64,000 nt of DNA from Dictyostelium discoideum. Lineage: Eukaryota. Below, in pieces: positions 63,849 to 64,000 of this stretch (the stretch's first letter is position 1; each line of letters opens with the position of its first letter). The position numbers and the translations under genes were made by a program. The notes beneath the pieces are model-generated. The model did not search any database. It was not told where the DNA came from and saw only the letters and a list, made by a program, of their open reading frames with translations. The DNA lies in the NCBI GenBank assembly GCA_000004695.1, contig CM000152.2:416001-480000 (forward strand). Reading direction: 5' to 3'.

Positions 63849-64000
63849 TTTTATAAAAAATTAAAAAATTAAAAAAACAAAAAAAAAAGAAAAAAAAAAA
63901 AAAATCTAAAAAATGGTTTTGAGACCATTGTCGGAAAAAAAAAAAAAAAAATATATTTAAAAAAAAAAATATATTTAAAAAAAAAAATGAAAATTAATTG

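Overview
The window is an AT-rich (~75-80% A+T) eukaryotic nuclear segment with the hallmarks of Dictyostelium (D. discoideum or a close relative). These include poly-Asn/Gln/Thr coding tracts, ATT/AAT/CAA microsatellites, short 70-150 nt AT-rich introns with GTAAGT/GTATGT...AG boundaries, and nearly pure A/T intergenic DNA. It is not prokaryotic: I found no CRISPR array, rRNA or tRNA, and no transposase or reverse-transcriptase ORFs. I count about 22 protein-coding genes. Intron-exon structures were reconstructed by hand from splice signals and cross-exon homology. Genes recognised with good support are an Integrator-11 homolog, a deoxynucleoside kinase, a class-3 lipase, a Rac1-type GTPase, an ASNSD1 homolog, a CARMIL-like PH+LRR protein, an SLC35D-like nucleotide-sugar transporter, XRCC4, eIF1A and an FNIP-repeat protein. 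Also present are a giant secreted Thr/Gly-rich mucin-like repeat gene, several poly-N/Q low-complexity genes and a large composite gene (32.7-38.5 kb) with a duplicated Cys/His module. The most interesting observations follow. (i) At least five places where clearly homologous or continuous coding sequence changes frame at homopolymers or tri-nucleotide repeats. These are the ASNSD1 tail (three shifts in 300 bp), a T11 run between two ORFs, and an (AAT)n run. They indicate either pseudogenisation or sequence errors. (ii) A ~170-bp MITE-like inverted-repeat structure next to direct repeats downstream of the mucin gene. (iii) A 5-kb gene-free stretch with unusual GT-rich islands. (iv) Several micro-exons (7, 15 and 17 nt). 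All coordinates are hand-derived and may be off by a nucleotide or two. No database search was possible.
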